From an uncultured Acidobacteriaceae bacterium (GTDB taxonomy: Bacteria; Acidobacteriota; Terriglobia; Terriglobales; Acidobacteriaceae), in assembly GCA_963778255.1 (NCBI GenBank), contig CAVZUP010000142.1:73938-137937 (forward strand): a DNA stretch of 64,000 bases, given 5' to 3'. How positions within the stretch are numbered: the first letter of the stretch is position 1; each line of letters opens with the position of its first letter. The position numbers were made by a program, and so were the translations under genes. Below are positions 39,296 through 48,988 of this stretch, in pieces. The notes beneath the pieces were generated by a model. That model ran no database searches. It saw only the letters and a program-made list of their open reading frames with translations, and was not told where the DNA came from.

Positions 39296-41095
39296 ATGAG
39301 AAGAGTGCTGCCTGGCGAGCGAGTACAACGAGCGCGGGATCATTCTCGCGTGCTGGCTTATTGTTTCGTTGTCCTAGCGTTACTGGCGCCGACCGGAGTT
39401 TGGGCGGCGGATGGTTACGACGTCACTATCGAGCACAGCGTGCCGGTAAAGATGCGGGATGGGATCGTGTTGCGTGCAGATATTTACCGTCCAAAGACGG
39501 ACGGTAAGTTCCCGGTGCTGTTGACACGCACACCCTATGACAAAACTGCGACGTTGGATTTTGGCCTGAAGGCCGCGGCCCGCGGCTATGTGCTGATCGC
39601 ACAGGATGTCCGGGGAAGATATGCCTCGCAAGGGGATTGGTATCCGTTCAAATACGAATCGCAGGACGGGTACGACACCATTGAGTGGGCGGCAGCGCTT
39701 CCGTATTCGAACGGAAAGGTTGGGATGTACGGCGGTTCCTACGTGGGCGCGACGCAGTATCTGGCTGCGATTGCCAAGCCGCCTCATCTGGCCGGAATTT
39801 GCCCCAACTATACGGCATCCAACTATCACGATGGCTGGACTTATCAGGGTGGAGCATTCGAGCAGTGGTTCAACGAGTCGTGGACGACGATACTGGCGGA
39901 AAATACCATGCGCCGCCGCGTCGAGTCAGGCAGCGACGCTATTAACTGGATACAGACGCTGCCGCTGCTGTCTTATCCTGTGCGCGAAGCACCCGGGGCT
40001 GCGGGACTGGCGCCGTATTTCTCCGACTGGCTTCTGCATCCCAACTACGACGACTATTGGAAGCAGTGGTCGATCGAAGATCACTATGCGCAGATTCAAG
40101 TTCCGGTGTTCAGCCTGGGTGCGTGGTACGACATTTTTCTTGGCGGGACGCTAAGAAATTATGTCCGTCTCAAGAACGAGGCCGAAACCGAGGCGGCGCG
40201 GCGTGGCCAGCGGCTGATGATCTACGTTGGGGGCCATGCTGGTGGATGGAACGACATGAAAGTGGGAGCCGTTGATTTTGGAGATAAGCTGCCGTTCGAT
40301 CTATATGAAGAGACGCTGCGCTGGTACGACAATCTCCTGAAGGGAATCCCGAATGGAGTGAACCAGGAGAAGCCGGTAAGAATCTTCGTCATGGGCACCA
40401 ACGAATGGCGCGAAGAAGATGACTGGCCGCTGACGCGCGCAAAGGCGACCCGGTATTACCTGCGGTCGACCAAGCCGGCGAACGGTCTTGAAGGAGGCGG
40501 CACGCTGAGTACGTCCGCTCCGGCTGAAGAGAAACCCGACCAATATGTGTACGATCCGAACGACGCGGTGCCCACGATTGGCGGACCGCTTTGCTGCGGA
40601 GCGCTGCCAACGGGGATTGGTCCAGAGGATCAGCGGCCGGCGGAGGTGCGAGGCGACGTGCTCGTATTCACTTCGCCGGCATTTACGCAGAACACCGAGG
40701 TTACGGGTCCGGTTTCGCTCGACTTGTATGTAAGCAGTTCCGCGGTGGACACAGACTTTACAGGGAAGCTGGTTGACGTGTGGCCAAACGGATTTGCTCA
40801 GAATTTAACGGAAGGAATTCTGCGCTTGCGCTACCGCAATTCGCCGGAGAAGCCGGAACTTGGAAATCCCGGGGAGATTTATCACATTGCGGTTGATCTT
40901 TGGGCGACAAGCAATGTTTTCCTGGCAGGACATAGACTGCGGCTCGAGGTTTCCAGCAGCAACTTTCCGCGATTCGATCGAAACCTGAATACGGGCGAGG
41001 AACCGGCGCGTGGAACGCACATGGCCAAAGCGACCAACGTGATTTACCACGACAAAGGCAGACCGTCGGCTCTGATTCTCCCTATTGTGCCGTAG
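39296..41095 (+). CDS. CocE/NonD family (S15 X-Pro dipeptidyl-peptidase-like) hydrolase, secreted
   Basis: MRDGIVLRADIYRP...FPVLLTRTPY...GMYGGSYVG and a C-terminal jelly-roll region. Confidence 0.85.
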   Translation: MRRVLPGERVQRARDHSRVLAYCFVVLALLAPTGVWAADGYDVTIEHSVPVKMRDGIVLRADIYRPKTDGKFPVLLTRTPYDKTATLDFGLKAAARGYVLIAQDVRGRYASQGDWYPFKYESQDGYDTIEWAAALPYSNGKVGMYGGSYVGATQYLAAIAKPPHLAGICPNYTASNYHDGWTYQGGAFEQWFNESWTTILAENTMRRRVESGSDAINWIQTLPLLSYPVREAPGAAGLAPYFSDWLLHPNYDDYWKQWSIEDHYAQIQVPVFSLGAWYDIFLGGTLRNYVRLKNEAETEAARRGQRLMIYVGGHAGGWNDMKVGAVDFGDKLPFDLYEETLRWYDNLLKGIPNGVNQEKPVRIFVMGTNEWREEDDWPLTRAKATRYYLRSTKPANGLEGGGTLSTSAPAEEKPDQYVYDPNDAVPTIGGPLCCGALPTGIGPEDQRPAEVRGDVLVFTSPAFTQNTEVTGPVSLDLYVSSSAVDTDFTGKLVDVWPNGFAQNLTEGILRLRYRNSPEKPELGNPGEIYHIAVDLWATSNVFLAGHRLRLEVSSSNFPRFDRNLNTGEEPARGTHMAKATNVIYHDKGRPSALILPIVP

Positions 41096-41146
41096 GTTGG
41101 AGCCGTCGCGGGAAGTGGGGTGATGCGGGCTTTGCTTTGGCACCAG

Positions 41147-41452
41147 CAAAAATAGAGAGTCCCGAGGTGATGTTGATCTCATTCGTCTCGGCCAGTAGCT
41201 CGCGTTAGACCCTTGCTGACCTTATTCCTACAACTCCCTTGCGGGTTTCATTGTAAGCCGATCCTTGCTTGGGCTCCGGGCTCACCGCCAACCGGATAAA
41301 CCAGTTCAACGCCTCGGGACTCTATCCTGCCTTCGACAGAGGCTCCTGTTCTCCTCGACCAGCGCTTAGCTATAGACCCTTGCTCGCCCTCCCAAACTCA
41401 CCTCGCGGTTGTCTGAGTGACTACGCTTGAGCCCCGGACGCTGCACCAACCG
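41147..41452 (-). ncRNA. candidate structured RNA: two tandem paralogous units of about 168 nt
   Basis: No ORF of 60 aa or more in any frame. Units 41185..41293 and 41353..41452 are about 65-70% identical. Minus-strand GNRA hairpins covary (ccc-GCAA-ggg versus acc-GCGA-ggt). A 14-16-bp closing stem (41152..41167 with 41312..41325) is followed by a U tract on the minus strand. Confidence 0.3.
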
Positions 41453-41619
41453 GAAAAACTTCAGAACGTGTCAAAGAACGATTATGGTTTTAACACTTCT
41501 GTTTTTTACGTCAACGAAATTCATGCGTCTGTAACTTCTTATTCATCAATGGAGTGCAGGTCGTGCACAGGCGGGTGAACCGGAAATTGTGCAGGGGGCC
41601 GTTGGCGGCTGGCAAGTGT

Positions 41620-41721
41620 CCAGTATTCATACGGTTTTACGCGGTATCAGGACGGTGGCATGCGGTTTTTGGCGGTTCCAACCGGCTGTGCAAATCGTTG
41701 TCTTAGAGGCATGAATACTGG
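41620..41721 (+). promoter_or_regulatory. 11-bp perfect inverted repeat enclosing six CGGY motifs phased at 10-11 bp
   Basis: ccagtattcat (41620..41630) and atgaatactgg (41711..41721). CGGT starts at 41632, 41642, 41653, 41663 and 41673, and CGGC at 41683. Confidence 0.35.
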
Positions 41722-41883
41722 CGATTTGCTTCTGGGGCAAGCTTGCAGGTGGTGGTGGAAGAGTTGACTTCCCGATCGAAAAAACGGCTTAACCACGGGG
41801 TACACGGAGGGGCACAGGGGAAAGCTCAGGCGTGGGAGGCTGAATCCACTACAATACGGGGTCTCAGAGCTGGAGGCGTTTTC

Positions 41884-43419
41884 ATGCGAAGGGTGCGAAT
41901 TTCCTCAATCGTTGGCTGGGTGTGCGTTCTTGCGCTGGTCGCAACAGCGGCGGGGCAGAGTGCGGAGGAGAAGACGGCTCGGTATTTTGAGTCGGTGCGG
42001 CATCAGCCGGGGCTGCTGCTGGCGTTTTTGCAGCAGATGCCTAAGGGCGGCGATCTGCATGTCCACCTGAGCGGGGCGATCTATGCGGAGAGCTTCATCG
42101 ATTGGGCGTCGGAGAACGCTCTTTGCGTGGATCGGAGCACTTCGAAGCTGATCCATGCGGCTTGCGATTCGTGCGAGCCGTATCAGAACAAGCCATCGGT
42201 GCGCTGCGCGTATCAGGATTATGTTCTTTACGAACAACTGGTGGACGCGTGGTCGATGCGCAATTGGCATCGCGAGGAGGAATCGGGGCACGACCATTTT
42301 TTTGCGACGTTTGAGAAGTTTGGTCCGGCGATGGAGAAGCATGTGGGAGATGCGTTGGCCGAGGTGGCGTCACGGGCGGCGGCCGATCACTTGCAATATG
42401 TGGAGTTGATGCACACAGCGGATGGCGGGCAGGCGGCTAGTCTGGGCTCGAAGATTGGGTGGGACGACGACTTCGTTCGATTCCGCGACAAACTGCTGGC
42501 TGGCGGAATGGCGGAGGTGGTGGCATCGGTGCGCAGGCAGCTGGACTCGGATGAAGCCCGGAAGAAAGAGGTGTTGCATTGCGGGACGGCGGCGGCTGCT
42601 GCGGGATGCGAGGTTACGCTGCACTATCTGTATCAAGTGCTGCGGGGTCTGCCGCGGGAGCAGGTGTTTGCGCAGATCCTGCTGGGATTTGAGTTGACGA
42701 AGGCTGATCCGCGATTTGTGGGGTTCAATCTGGTGATGCCGGAAGATTATTACGTCCCGATGCACGACTTTGATCTGCATATGCGGATTATTGAGGCGTT
42801 GCACAAGTTTTATCCGGCAGCGCATGTGTCGCTTCATGCGGATGAACTGTGGATGGGGTTGGTTCCTCCGGAGGGGCTGCGCTTTCATATTCGTGAATCG
42901 ATTGAACGTGCGGGTGCGGAACGGATTGGGCATGGCGTGGCCGTGATGAGCGAAGAGGATCCGATTGGGCTGCTCCGGGAGATGGCTAAGAAGAATGTGC
43001 TGGTTGAGATTTGCCTGACTTCGAACGATGTGATTCTGGGGGTGAGCGGCGACCAGCATCCCTTGCCGGTGTACATGAAATACGGCGTGCCGGTGGCGCT
43101 CGCTACCGACGATGAGGGTGTTTCGCGCAGCGATATGACGCACGAATATCTGCGAGCGGTCGAGAGCTATGGTCTGTCGTATGCTGAGCTGAAACGCATG
43201 GCGCGGGAGAGCCTGGAACACAGTTTTGTTTCGGGTGATAGTCTTTGGAGCGGCGGGGGAAGCGGTGGGCGCGAGTTGCGGCGGACGGCGGCATGCTTGG
43301 ACGAGTCTGCGGGCGGTCGCGTTTCGGGGAAATGTGAGACGTGGATGGCGGCGAATGAGCGGGCCCGGGTACAGTGGCAACTGGAGCGGGCGTTTGCCGA
43401 GTTTGAGAAGAAATTTTGA
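41884..43419 (+). CDS. secreted adenosine deaminase-family amidohydrolase (ADA-like)
   Basis: Signal peptide MRRVRISSIVGWVCVLALVATAAGQ. DLHVHLSG, SLHADE, ERIGHG and ATDDEG metal/catalytic motifs. ATG at 41884 chosen. Confidence 0.8.
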   Translation: MRRVRISSIVGWVCVLALVATAAGQSAEEKTARYFESVRHQPGLLLAFLQQMPKGGDLHVHLSGAIYAESFIDWASENALCVDRSTSKLIHAACDSCEPYQNKPSVRCAYQDYVLYEQLVDAWSMRNWHREEESGHDHFFATFEKFGPAMEKHVGDALAEVASRAAADHLQYVELMHTADGGQAASLGSKIGWDDDFVRFRDKLLAGGMAEVVASVRRQLDSDEARKKEVLHCGTAAAAAGCEVTLHYLYQVLRGLPREQVFAQILLGFELTKADPRFVGFNLVMPEDYYVPMHDFDLHMRIIEALHKFYPAAHVSLHADELWMGLVPPEGLRFHIRESIERAGAERIGHGVAVMSEEDPIGLLREMAKKNVLVEICLTSNDVILGVSGDQHPLPVYMKYGVPVALATDDEGVSRSDMTHEYLRAVESYGLSYAELKRMARESLEHSFVSGDSLWSGGGSGGRELRRTAACLDESAGGRVSGKCETWMAANERARVQWQLERAFAEFEKKF

Positions 43420-43479
43420 AGCGCTGCCGGGCCTTGCCCGGCTGGGTGGGTGTGGGTACCCACTCCCACGTGATTATCT

Positions 43480-44325
43480 ATGACGCAAGATCTTTTTACT
43501 CGCGCTGCATCCGCCGCTGCTTTTGTTTCCTCACAGACGAAACTGCGTCCGCAGATCGGCCTGGTGCTGGGCTCGGGGCTGGGATCTTTTGCCGACGATC
43601 TTGCCGATGCGGTGCGGATTCCTTATGCGCATATTCCGACGTTTCCTCGTTCGACGGCGGTGGGACATGCTGGGCAACTTGTGATTGGCAAGTCGGGCGA
43701 CGTGCCCGTTGCGGTGATGCAGGGACGGGTGCATTTGTATGAAGGGTATCCGGCCGCGGAGGTTGCGTTTCCTACGCGGGTGCTGGGTCGCGCTGGTGTT
43801 CGCGCTTTGATTCTCACTAACGCGGCCGGGGGCATTAACGTGGAGTATGGACAGGGAGCACTGGTGATCCTGCGCGATCACATTAATTTGCAGGGGCAGA
43901 ATCCGCTGACGGGCGCGAACGATGACCGGTTTGGGCCGCGGTTTCCGGACATGAGTTATACGTACGACAAGCGCTATCGAGAAATTGCGCTGGAGGAAGC
44001 TGAGAAGCTTTCGATTCCTCCCCACGAGGGCGTGTACGCTGCGCTGGCTGGGCCTAGTTATGAGACTCCGGCGGAGATTCGGTACTTGCGGGCCATTGGC
44101 GCGGATCTAGTGGGTATGTCGACCGTTCCGGAGGCGATTGCGGCTCGGCACATGGGGATGAACGTTCTGGCAATTTCGTGCGTGACTAATATGGCTGCGG
44201 GAATTCTGGACCGAGCGCTGGTGCATGAAGAAGTGCTGGAAGTGGGGCGCCGGGTGATGGGGCAGTTTATCGCTCTGCTGCGGGCGGTGTTGCCGCGGAT
44301 GGCGGGGGAGTTGGAGAAGGCGTGA
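43480..44325 (+). CDS. purine nucleoside phosphorylase (trimeric PNP/MTAP family)
   Basis: GSGLGSF...GRVHLYEGY...NAAGG...GPSYETPAE...GADLVGMSTVPE motifs. Confidence 0.9.
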   Translation: MTQDLFTRAASAAAFVSSQTKLRPQIGLVLGSGLGSFADDLADAVRIPYAHIPTFPRSTAVGHAGQLVIGKSGDVPVAVMQGRVHLYEGYPAAEVAFPTRVLGRAGVRALILTNAAGGINVEYGQGALVILRDHINLQGQNPLTGANDDRFGPRFPDMSYTYDKRYREIALEEAEKLSIPPHEGVYAALAGPSYETPAEIRYLRAIGADLVGMSTVPEAIAARHMGMNVLAISCVTNMAAGILDRALVHEEVLEVGRRVMGQFIALLRAVLPRMAGELEKA

Positions 44326-44396
44326 AACGCCAGCGCCTAAATGCGCATTTATAGCGCCGCATTACGGGTTGCAATCCGTCAATCCGCGTCGCTGCC

Positions 44397-45365
44397 TTAT
44401 TGGCCCTTGCGGGGAATGAAGACCGGTTGCGGAGGGTCTATGTTGTATGTGGCGGCGAAGCTGGCTTGGTTCAGCGCGAAGCTGGCTCGTCCGCGGGAAT
44501 CGATGTACAAGAGCGGCTGTTTTAGCGGCACGTCGCTGAAAGTCTTGACGAAGGGCATCTCAACCTCGTGACCCGCGATGGTGACCTTCAGCTTATCGCC
44601 ACGCTGATAGCCCAGCTTCAGGAAATCTTCGGCGCTGATGTTGGTGACGAGGTTGCCGAAGGGGCCGTCGAGGGCGATTACTTCCCCAGTCAAGCCCTTG
44701 TCGTTCAGCACTGCGGGCTTCAGATCGAGCCTTACCAGATCTTTCACTTGCACTTCGGGGCCGACCCGGGTCCAGTCGTCGCCGCGCGCAACGTGCGCAC
44801 CTACGGGAGAGAAAATGTCGCGGCCATGGAAGGTGGAGGAGATCTTTGCGCCTACCATCCAATCGGGGTTTTTGATTTCGCGGATGCTTTCGATGCCGTC
44901 GCGGTCCGCAACCATCGTAATCAGGCCGTTGTCGGGCAGGACGAAGAATTGTCCGCGCTTCGATTTCACGACCACGGCTTTACGGGAACTGCCTACGGTG
45001 GGATCGACTACGACCACGAAGACGGTTCCGGCTTGGAAGTAGGGCGTGGCGCCGAAGAGGAAGCGGGCTCCGTCTTGAATCGAAAAGGCGTTCACCTGGT
45101 GCGTCAGATCGACGATGCGGAGGTTGGGCGTTATTCCATACATGACTCCCTTGCAGAGGGCTACGGAGTCGTCGATCACACCGAAATCGGTCATAAAGAC
45201 GATGGTTGGCGGTTGAGCGGCGGAGGGTTGCTGCGCCAGAAGAGGGCTGGCGGCCAGCAGCAAGAGGGCGAGGCCCAAGTAGAAATGCCGGTGGAGAGCC
45301 GAGCGTTCTTGCGCGGCCGATGGGCGAGACGACCGTCGCTTAATCAATCTTGTTTTCCTTCGCAT
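44397..45365 (-). CDS. SAM hydrolase / SAM-dependent halogenase family (DUF62) protein with N-terminal signal or anchor
   Basis: VFMTDFGVIDDSVALCKGVM core. The N-terminus is a basic stretch followed by hydrophobic LGLALLLLAASPLLAQQ. Confidence 0.8.
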   Translation of the reverse strand: MRRKTRLIKRRSSRPSAAQERSALHRHFYLGLALLLLAASPLLAQQPSAAQPPTIVFMTDFGVIDDSVALCKGVMYGITPNLRIVDLTHQVNAFSIQDGARFLFGATPYFQAGTVFVVVVDPTVGSSRKAVVVKSKRGQFFVLPDNGLITMVADRDGIESIREIKNPDWMVGAKISSTFHGRDIFSPVGAHVARGDDWTRVGPEVQVKDLVRLDLKPAVLNDKGLTGEVIALDGPFGNLVTNISAEDFLKLGYQRGDKLKVTIAGHEVEMPFVKTFSDVPLKQPLLYIDSRGRASFALNQASFAATYNIDPPQPVFIPRKGQ

Positions 45366-45527
45366 AACGGTTCCTCCGAAAGACTATTAGTGTACTAGGA
45401 CGCGGCGAAAGAAAAAAAATACGATGCGTCGTCGTTGTTATGTCGGCATCTATAATCGAGGGCGGCAACGAATTGGCGAACCACAGCCATGGTCAGCCAG
45501 CAACCAATTCATGCAGGAGAGCTTGCA

Positions 45528-45926
45528 ATGTCTAACGTCATTCCTGAAAAATACGCCGATCTTTTCCAGAAGCGCGCTTTCGCCAATCTGGGCACGCTGA
45601 TGCCCGACGGGCGGCCGCAGGTCACTCCAGTGTGGTGTGACTTTGATGGGCAAAACGTGATTTTCAACTCGGCTCGCGGACGACAGAAGGACCGCAACGT
45701 GCGGCGAGACCCGCGGGTGGCGCTGGCGATCGTCGATCCCGACAATCCTTATCGCTATATGGAGATTCGCGGCACGGTGGTGGAGATTACGGAAGACGGC
45801 GCCGCGGAACACATCGACAAAATGGCGAAGAAATATTTGGGGGTCGATAAGTATCCGTATGGGCAGCCGGGAGAGGTCCGCGTGCTTTACAAGATTCGGC
45901 CGGAGCACACGACGGTGATGGGGTAA
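45528..45926 (+). CDS. PPOX-class (pyridoxamine 5'-phosphate oxidase-like, possibly F420-dependent) protein
   Basis: LGTLMPDGRPQVTPVW...RKDRNVRRDPRVAL pattern. AGGAGA RBS before the ATG at 45528. Confidence 0.8.
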   Translation: MSNVIPEKYADLFQKRAFANLGTLMPDGRPQVTPVWCDFDGQNVIFNSARGRQKDRNVRRDPRVALAIVDPDNPYRYMEIRGTVVEITEDGAAEHIDKMAKKYLGVDKYPYGQPGEVRVLYKIRPEHTTVMG

Positions 45927-46020
45927 GGGGCATCTTGATTTCGGATGATGTTCGGCATCGCTAAAAGCGATGCTTTGATGCGACTCTGGGGCTGTGTTCT
46001 TGGAAGATGACGCCAAAGGC

Positions 46021-46046
46021 CGCGGGCGGGGGCGCCCGCGCCACAC
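46021..46046. repeat. CGCGGGCG-gggg-CGCCCGCG-CCACAC hairpin
   Basis: Same design as 34071..34096, with both stem arms changed in a complementary way. Confidence 0.65.
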
Positions 46047-46177
46047 TGGAACTCCTTTCTTCGATAACCTTTTCTTCGCAGGTGAGTCCAACCCATGAGG
46101 GAACTTCGGACAGGGAGTTCCCGTATCAGAGGACTAGGGATCTAGGCATGGCTGCTTGTCTCCAGGAGGAAGGGTTC

Positions 46178-46693
46178 ATGGAAGTCGGGAAAAATAACGG
46201 TGGTGGTTTGCACACGATTGACGTGCAGGCCAATAGCATTTCGGCGCAGCAGGTGGTGAAGGCGGCGCACGAAGAACTCCTCCAGTTGATGCGGCAGCGG
46301 GCCGAGATCATGAAGCGCATTGGCACGGTGAAACAGACCATTGCCGGATTGGCGAATCTGTTCGGTGAAGAAGTGCTCGGTGACGACTTGCTGGAACTGA
46401 TCGACCGCAAGCCGAATGGGCGCCAGCCGGGGTTTACTAAAGCTTGCCGGCGGGTGCTGATGGACGTGCGGCGTCCACTGGGAGCGCGCGAGGTTTGCCT
46501 GGAATTGGAACGATATGCTCCGGCGATTCTGGCGCGGCATAAGGATCCGCTGGCCTCGGTCACGACCGTTTTGAATCGCCTGGTGGATTATGGCGAGGCC
46601 CGGAGTTTGAGCAACGATCGCGGGCGGCGGGTTTGGGAGTGGATTAGCGAGGGTGCGGCGGCGGACGCGATGGCGTCGCGGAGAACGGCTTGA
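46178..46693 (+). CDS. hypothetical protein (coiled-coil N-terminus, possible winged-helix C-terminus)
   Basis: GGAGGA RBS 8 nt before the ATG at 46178. No family recognised. Confidence 0.5.
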   Translation: MEVGKNNGGGLHTIDVQANSISAQQVVKAAHEELLQLMRQRAEIMKRIGTVKQTIAGLANLFGEEVLGDDLLELIDRKPNGRQPGFTKACRRVLMDVRRPLGAREVCLELERYAPAILARHKDPLASVTTVLNRLVDYGEARSLSNDRGRRVWEWISEGAAADAMASRRTA

Positions 46694-46822
46694 GGCCCAG
46701 CCTCTGAAATGGTGTTCTAGTTCGATGCGGCATCGCTGAAGCCCGCGCCACTCAGCGGCTAAAGCCTTCGCTGAATACATGCCCGTCATCGCAGCGGTCA
46801 ACCGCTGCGCCACACAAAATCA

Positions 46823-47536
46823 CTATGCAGGCAAGAGCTTTCCTTTTTCCAAGTGACGGGTTGCGTGCGCGTACTGGGCGGCGTGGGGATCGTGGGTTAC
46901 CATTACGATCGTCTTGTGAAAACTTTCGTTCAGCCGTTTCAAAATCTCCAGAATTTCGGTTGCTGAATTACTGTCCAGGTCGCCGGTAGGTTCGTCGGCT
47001 AGGATCAGCGTGGGGTCGCTGACGATGGCGCGTGCGATGGCTACGCGCTGCTCCTGTCCGCCGGAGAGCTGCTTGGGCAGGTGATGGACTCGATCCTCGA
47101 GTCCCACTAGCTTGAGCGCGGTCAATACGTGATCGCGGCGCTGCTGTGGGGTCATTTTGGTCAGGAGCAGGGGCAGTTCCACGTTTTCAAAGGCGGTCAA
47201 AACCGGGATCAAATTAAAAGTCTGGAACACGTAGCCTACGTGGGTGTTGCGCCACTTTGCGGACTGGCTATCGTTGAGACGGAAAATATTTTCATCCATC
47301 ACCAGCAGTTCGCCGGAGGTGGGACGATCGATGGCGGCGATCATGTTGAGCAGGGTCGTCTTGCCCGATCCGGAGGGACCCATTAACGCGAGAAACTCGC
47401 CGCCGGCGATGTCGATGGAGACGTTATCGAGCGCGGTTACCTGGAAAGCGTCGCGCTTGAAAATCTTGCTTACGCCGCGGGCCTGGACTACCTTACTGCC
47501 CACGGCTGGCTGTGTTGGCGTCGTCATTGCACTCAT
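46823..47536 (-). CDS. ABC transporter ATP-binding protein (MacB/LolD type)
   Basis: [35 protein letters not shown]. Confidence 0.9.
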   Translation of the reverse strand: MSAMTTPTQPAVGSKVVQARGVSKIFKRDAFQVTALDNVSIDIAGGEFLALMGPSGSGKTTLLNMIAAIDRPTSGELLVMDENIFRLNDSQSAKWRNTHVGYVFQTFNLIPVLTAFENVELPLLLTKMTPQQRRDHVLTALKLVGLEDRVHHLPKQLSGGQEQRVAIARAIVSDPTLILADEPTGDLDSNSATEILEILKRLNESFHKTIVMVTHDPHAAQYAHATRHLEKGKLLPA

Positions 47537-48942
47537 GATTGCCCCTTGATATGAATTTTTTGGCCGTCCTGTAAATCGGAGGGCGCGGTGGTGATCACGC
47601 TTTCGCCGCCTACCAGGGAGTCGACGAGATAACCTCCCGAGCGCTGGCCCTGGACATGAACTTCGCGGCGGAGGGCTTTGCCGTTGAAGGCGAGCAGCAC
47701 AAATTTTGTCCCATCCTTATCGCGCAAGGCGGCGGTGGGCACGAAGACGTACGCCTGTTTCGTGGCAGCATTTTTGTCATCGTTTGCCTTCGCCTTGAAT
47801 TGAACGGTGGCGTTCATTTCCGGGCGCAGGTAGGAATCGGGCTGCAGAATCTGGACCTTGACCTGGACGGTCGCTTTCTGGCGATTGGCCTCGGGCGACA
47901 TTTCGGCGATCTCGCCTTTGTAGGAGCGGTCTTTGAAGGCGTCTAGGGTGACGATGCCCTCTTGCTTGGGCGATAGTTTTGCGAAGTCATCTTGCGCGAT
48001 ATCGAGCTCGACTTGAATGTCGTTGAGATCAGCTAGGGCGACTACCGATCCACGCGGGCCGCCTTCGGCGCCGCTGGCGAATTGCGCGGTGACCAATTCA
48101 CCTTTTTCCGCGGTGCGCTCGAGAATCGTGCCGGTTACGGGCGCGCGAATTATGGTGGCGTCGAGTTGCGACTTGGCGTAGGCCATTTGACCTTCGGCTT
48201 GCAGCAGGTCGCCGCGGGCACGCTCGACTTCCTCGGAGCGCGGGCCGAGTTGCATGAGCTTGAAGGCGAGCTCCAGCGAATTCATTCGCTGCTGGGAAGC
48301 TTCGTACTTGCCGGTCGCGTCGTCCAGGCTCTGCTTGGAAGCGACTCCTTGCGCGAACAGGTCGCGGGTGCGGTCGAGGTTGAGTTTGTCGTTTTCGGCC
48401 GTGGCCCGCGCTTCCTGTAGATTGTGATCCGCCTGTTGAATTTCTTCCGGGCGGGAGCCGTGTTCATTTTCCAGCAGGCGGGCTTTGGCGCTTCCTACTG
48501 CGCCTTGCGCCTGTTCGTACTGGGCGCGGAATTCCTCGTCTTCGAGGCGGACCAGAACCTGGCCTTCTTTCACCTTGTCGCCTTTTTCGACGCCGATCCA
48601 GGCGACGCGGCCGGTGACTTTTGAGTTCACGCTGATCTTGTGATGAGCGACTATGTATCCGCTGGCGGAAAGCACGGTGCTGCCTGCGATGTCGCTGCCT
48701 TCCGCGGTGGCGCGGGCGACTTCGACTTCCGGAGTGTCGGAGGCCAGGACGCGGTAGGCCAGGGCAGCGATTCCCAGCAGGACGATGACGGCGATTCCGC
48801 CGAGGATGAAGCGGCGCGACCATGCGGGCGGTTCTTCACCGCCGTGGCGCAGGGAATGATCGATGCGCAGGCTCCGCAGGTCGTCGTGTTTAGTGTCCGT
48901 GGGCATGGGTGAAGGTACGATCGCAACCTCTAGCTGGTTCAA
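47533..48942 (-). CDS. efflux periplasmic adaptor (HlyD/MFP family)
   Basis: TM anchor, lipoyl-like segment, long coiled-coil and a beta-barrel segment. 4-nt overlap with the ATPase gene. Confidence 0.85.
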   Translation of the reverse strand: MNQLEVAIVPSPMPTDTKHDDLRSLRIDHSLRHGGEEPPAWSRRFILGGIAVIVLLGIAALAYRVLASDTPEVEVARATAEGSDIAGSTVLSASGYIVAHHKISVNSKVTGRVAWIGVEKGDKVKEGQVLVRLEDEEFRAQYEQAQGAVGSAKARLLENEHGSRPEEIQQADHNLQEARATAENDKLNLDRTRDLFAQGVASKQSLDDATGKYEASQQRMNSLELAFKLMQLGPRSEEVERARGDLLQAEGQMAYAKSQLDATIIRAPVTGTILERTAEKGELVTAQFASGAEGGPRGSVVALADLNDIQVELDIAQDDFAKLSPKQEGIVTLDAFKDRSYKGEIAEMSPEANRQKATVQVKVQILQPDSYLRPEMNATVQFKAKANDDKNAATKQAYVFVPTAALRDKDGTKFVLLAFNGKALRREVHVQGQRSGGYLVDSLVGGESVITTAPSDLQDGQKIHIKGQS

Positions 48943-48988
48943 AATCGATTATTGAACCATTGTATGAAACTTGTGTAAATTTCCGCCC

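Noticed and set aside
41620-41721. Purine/adenosine riboswitch upstream of the ADA-like gene.
   Set aside because: The closed 80-nt segment does not match the purine riboswitch three-way-junction consensus as I recall it. It is kept only as an unexplained phased motif (see findings).
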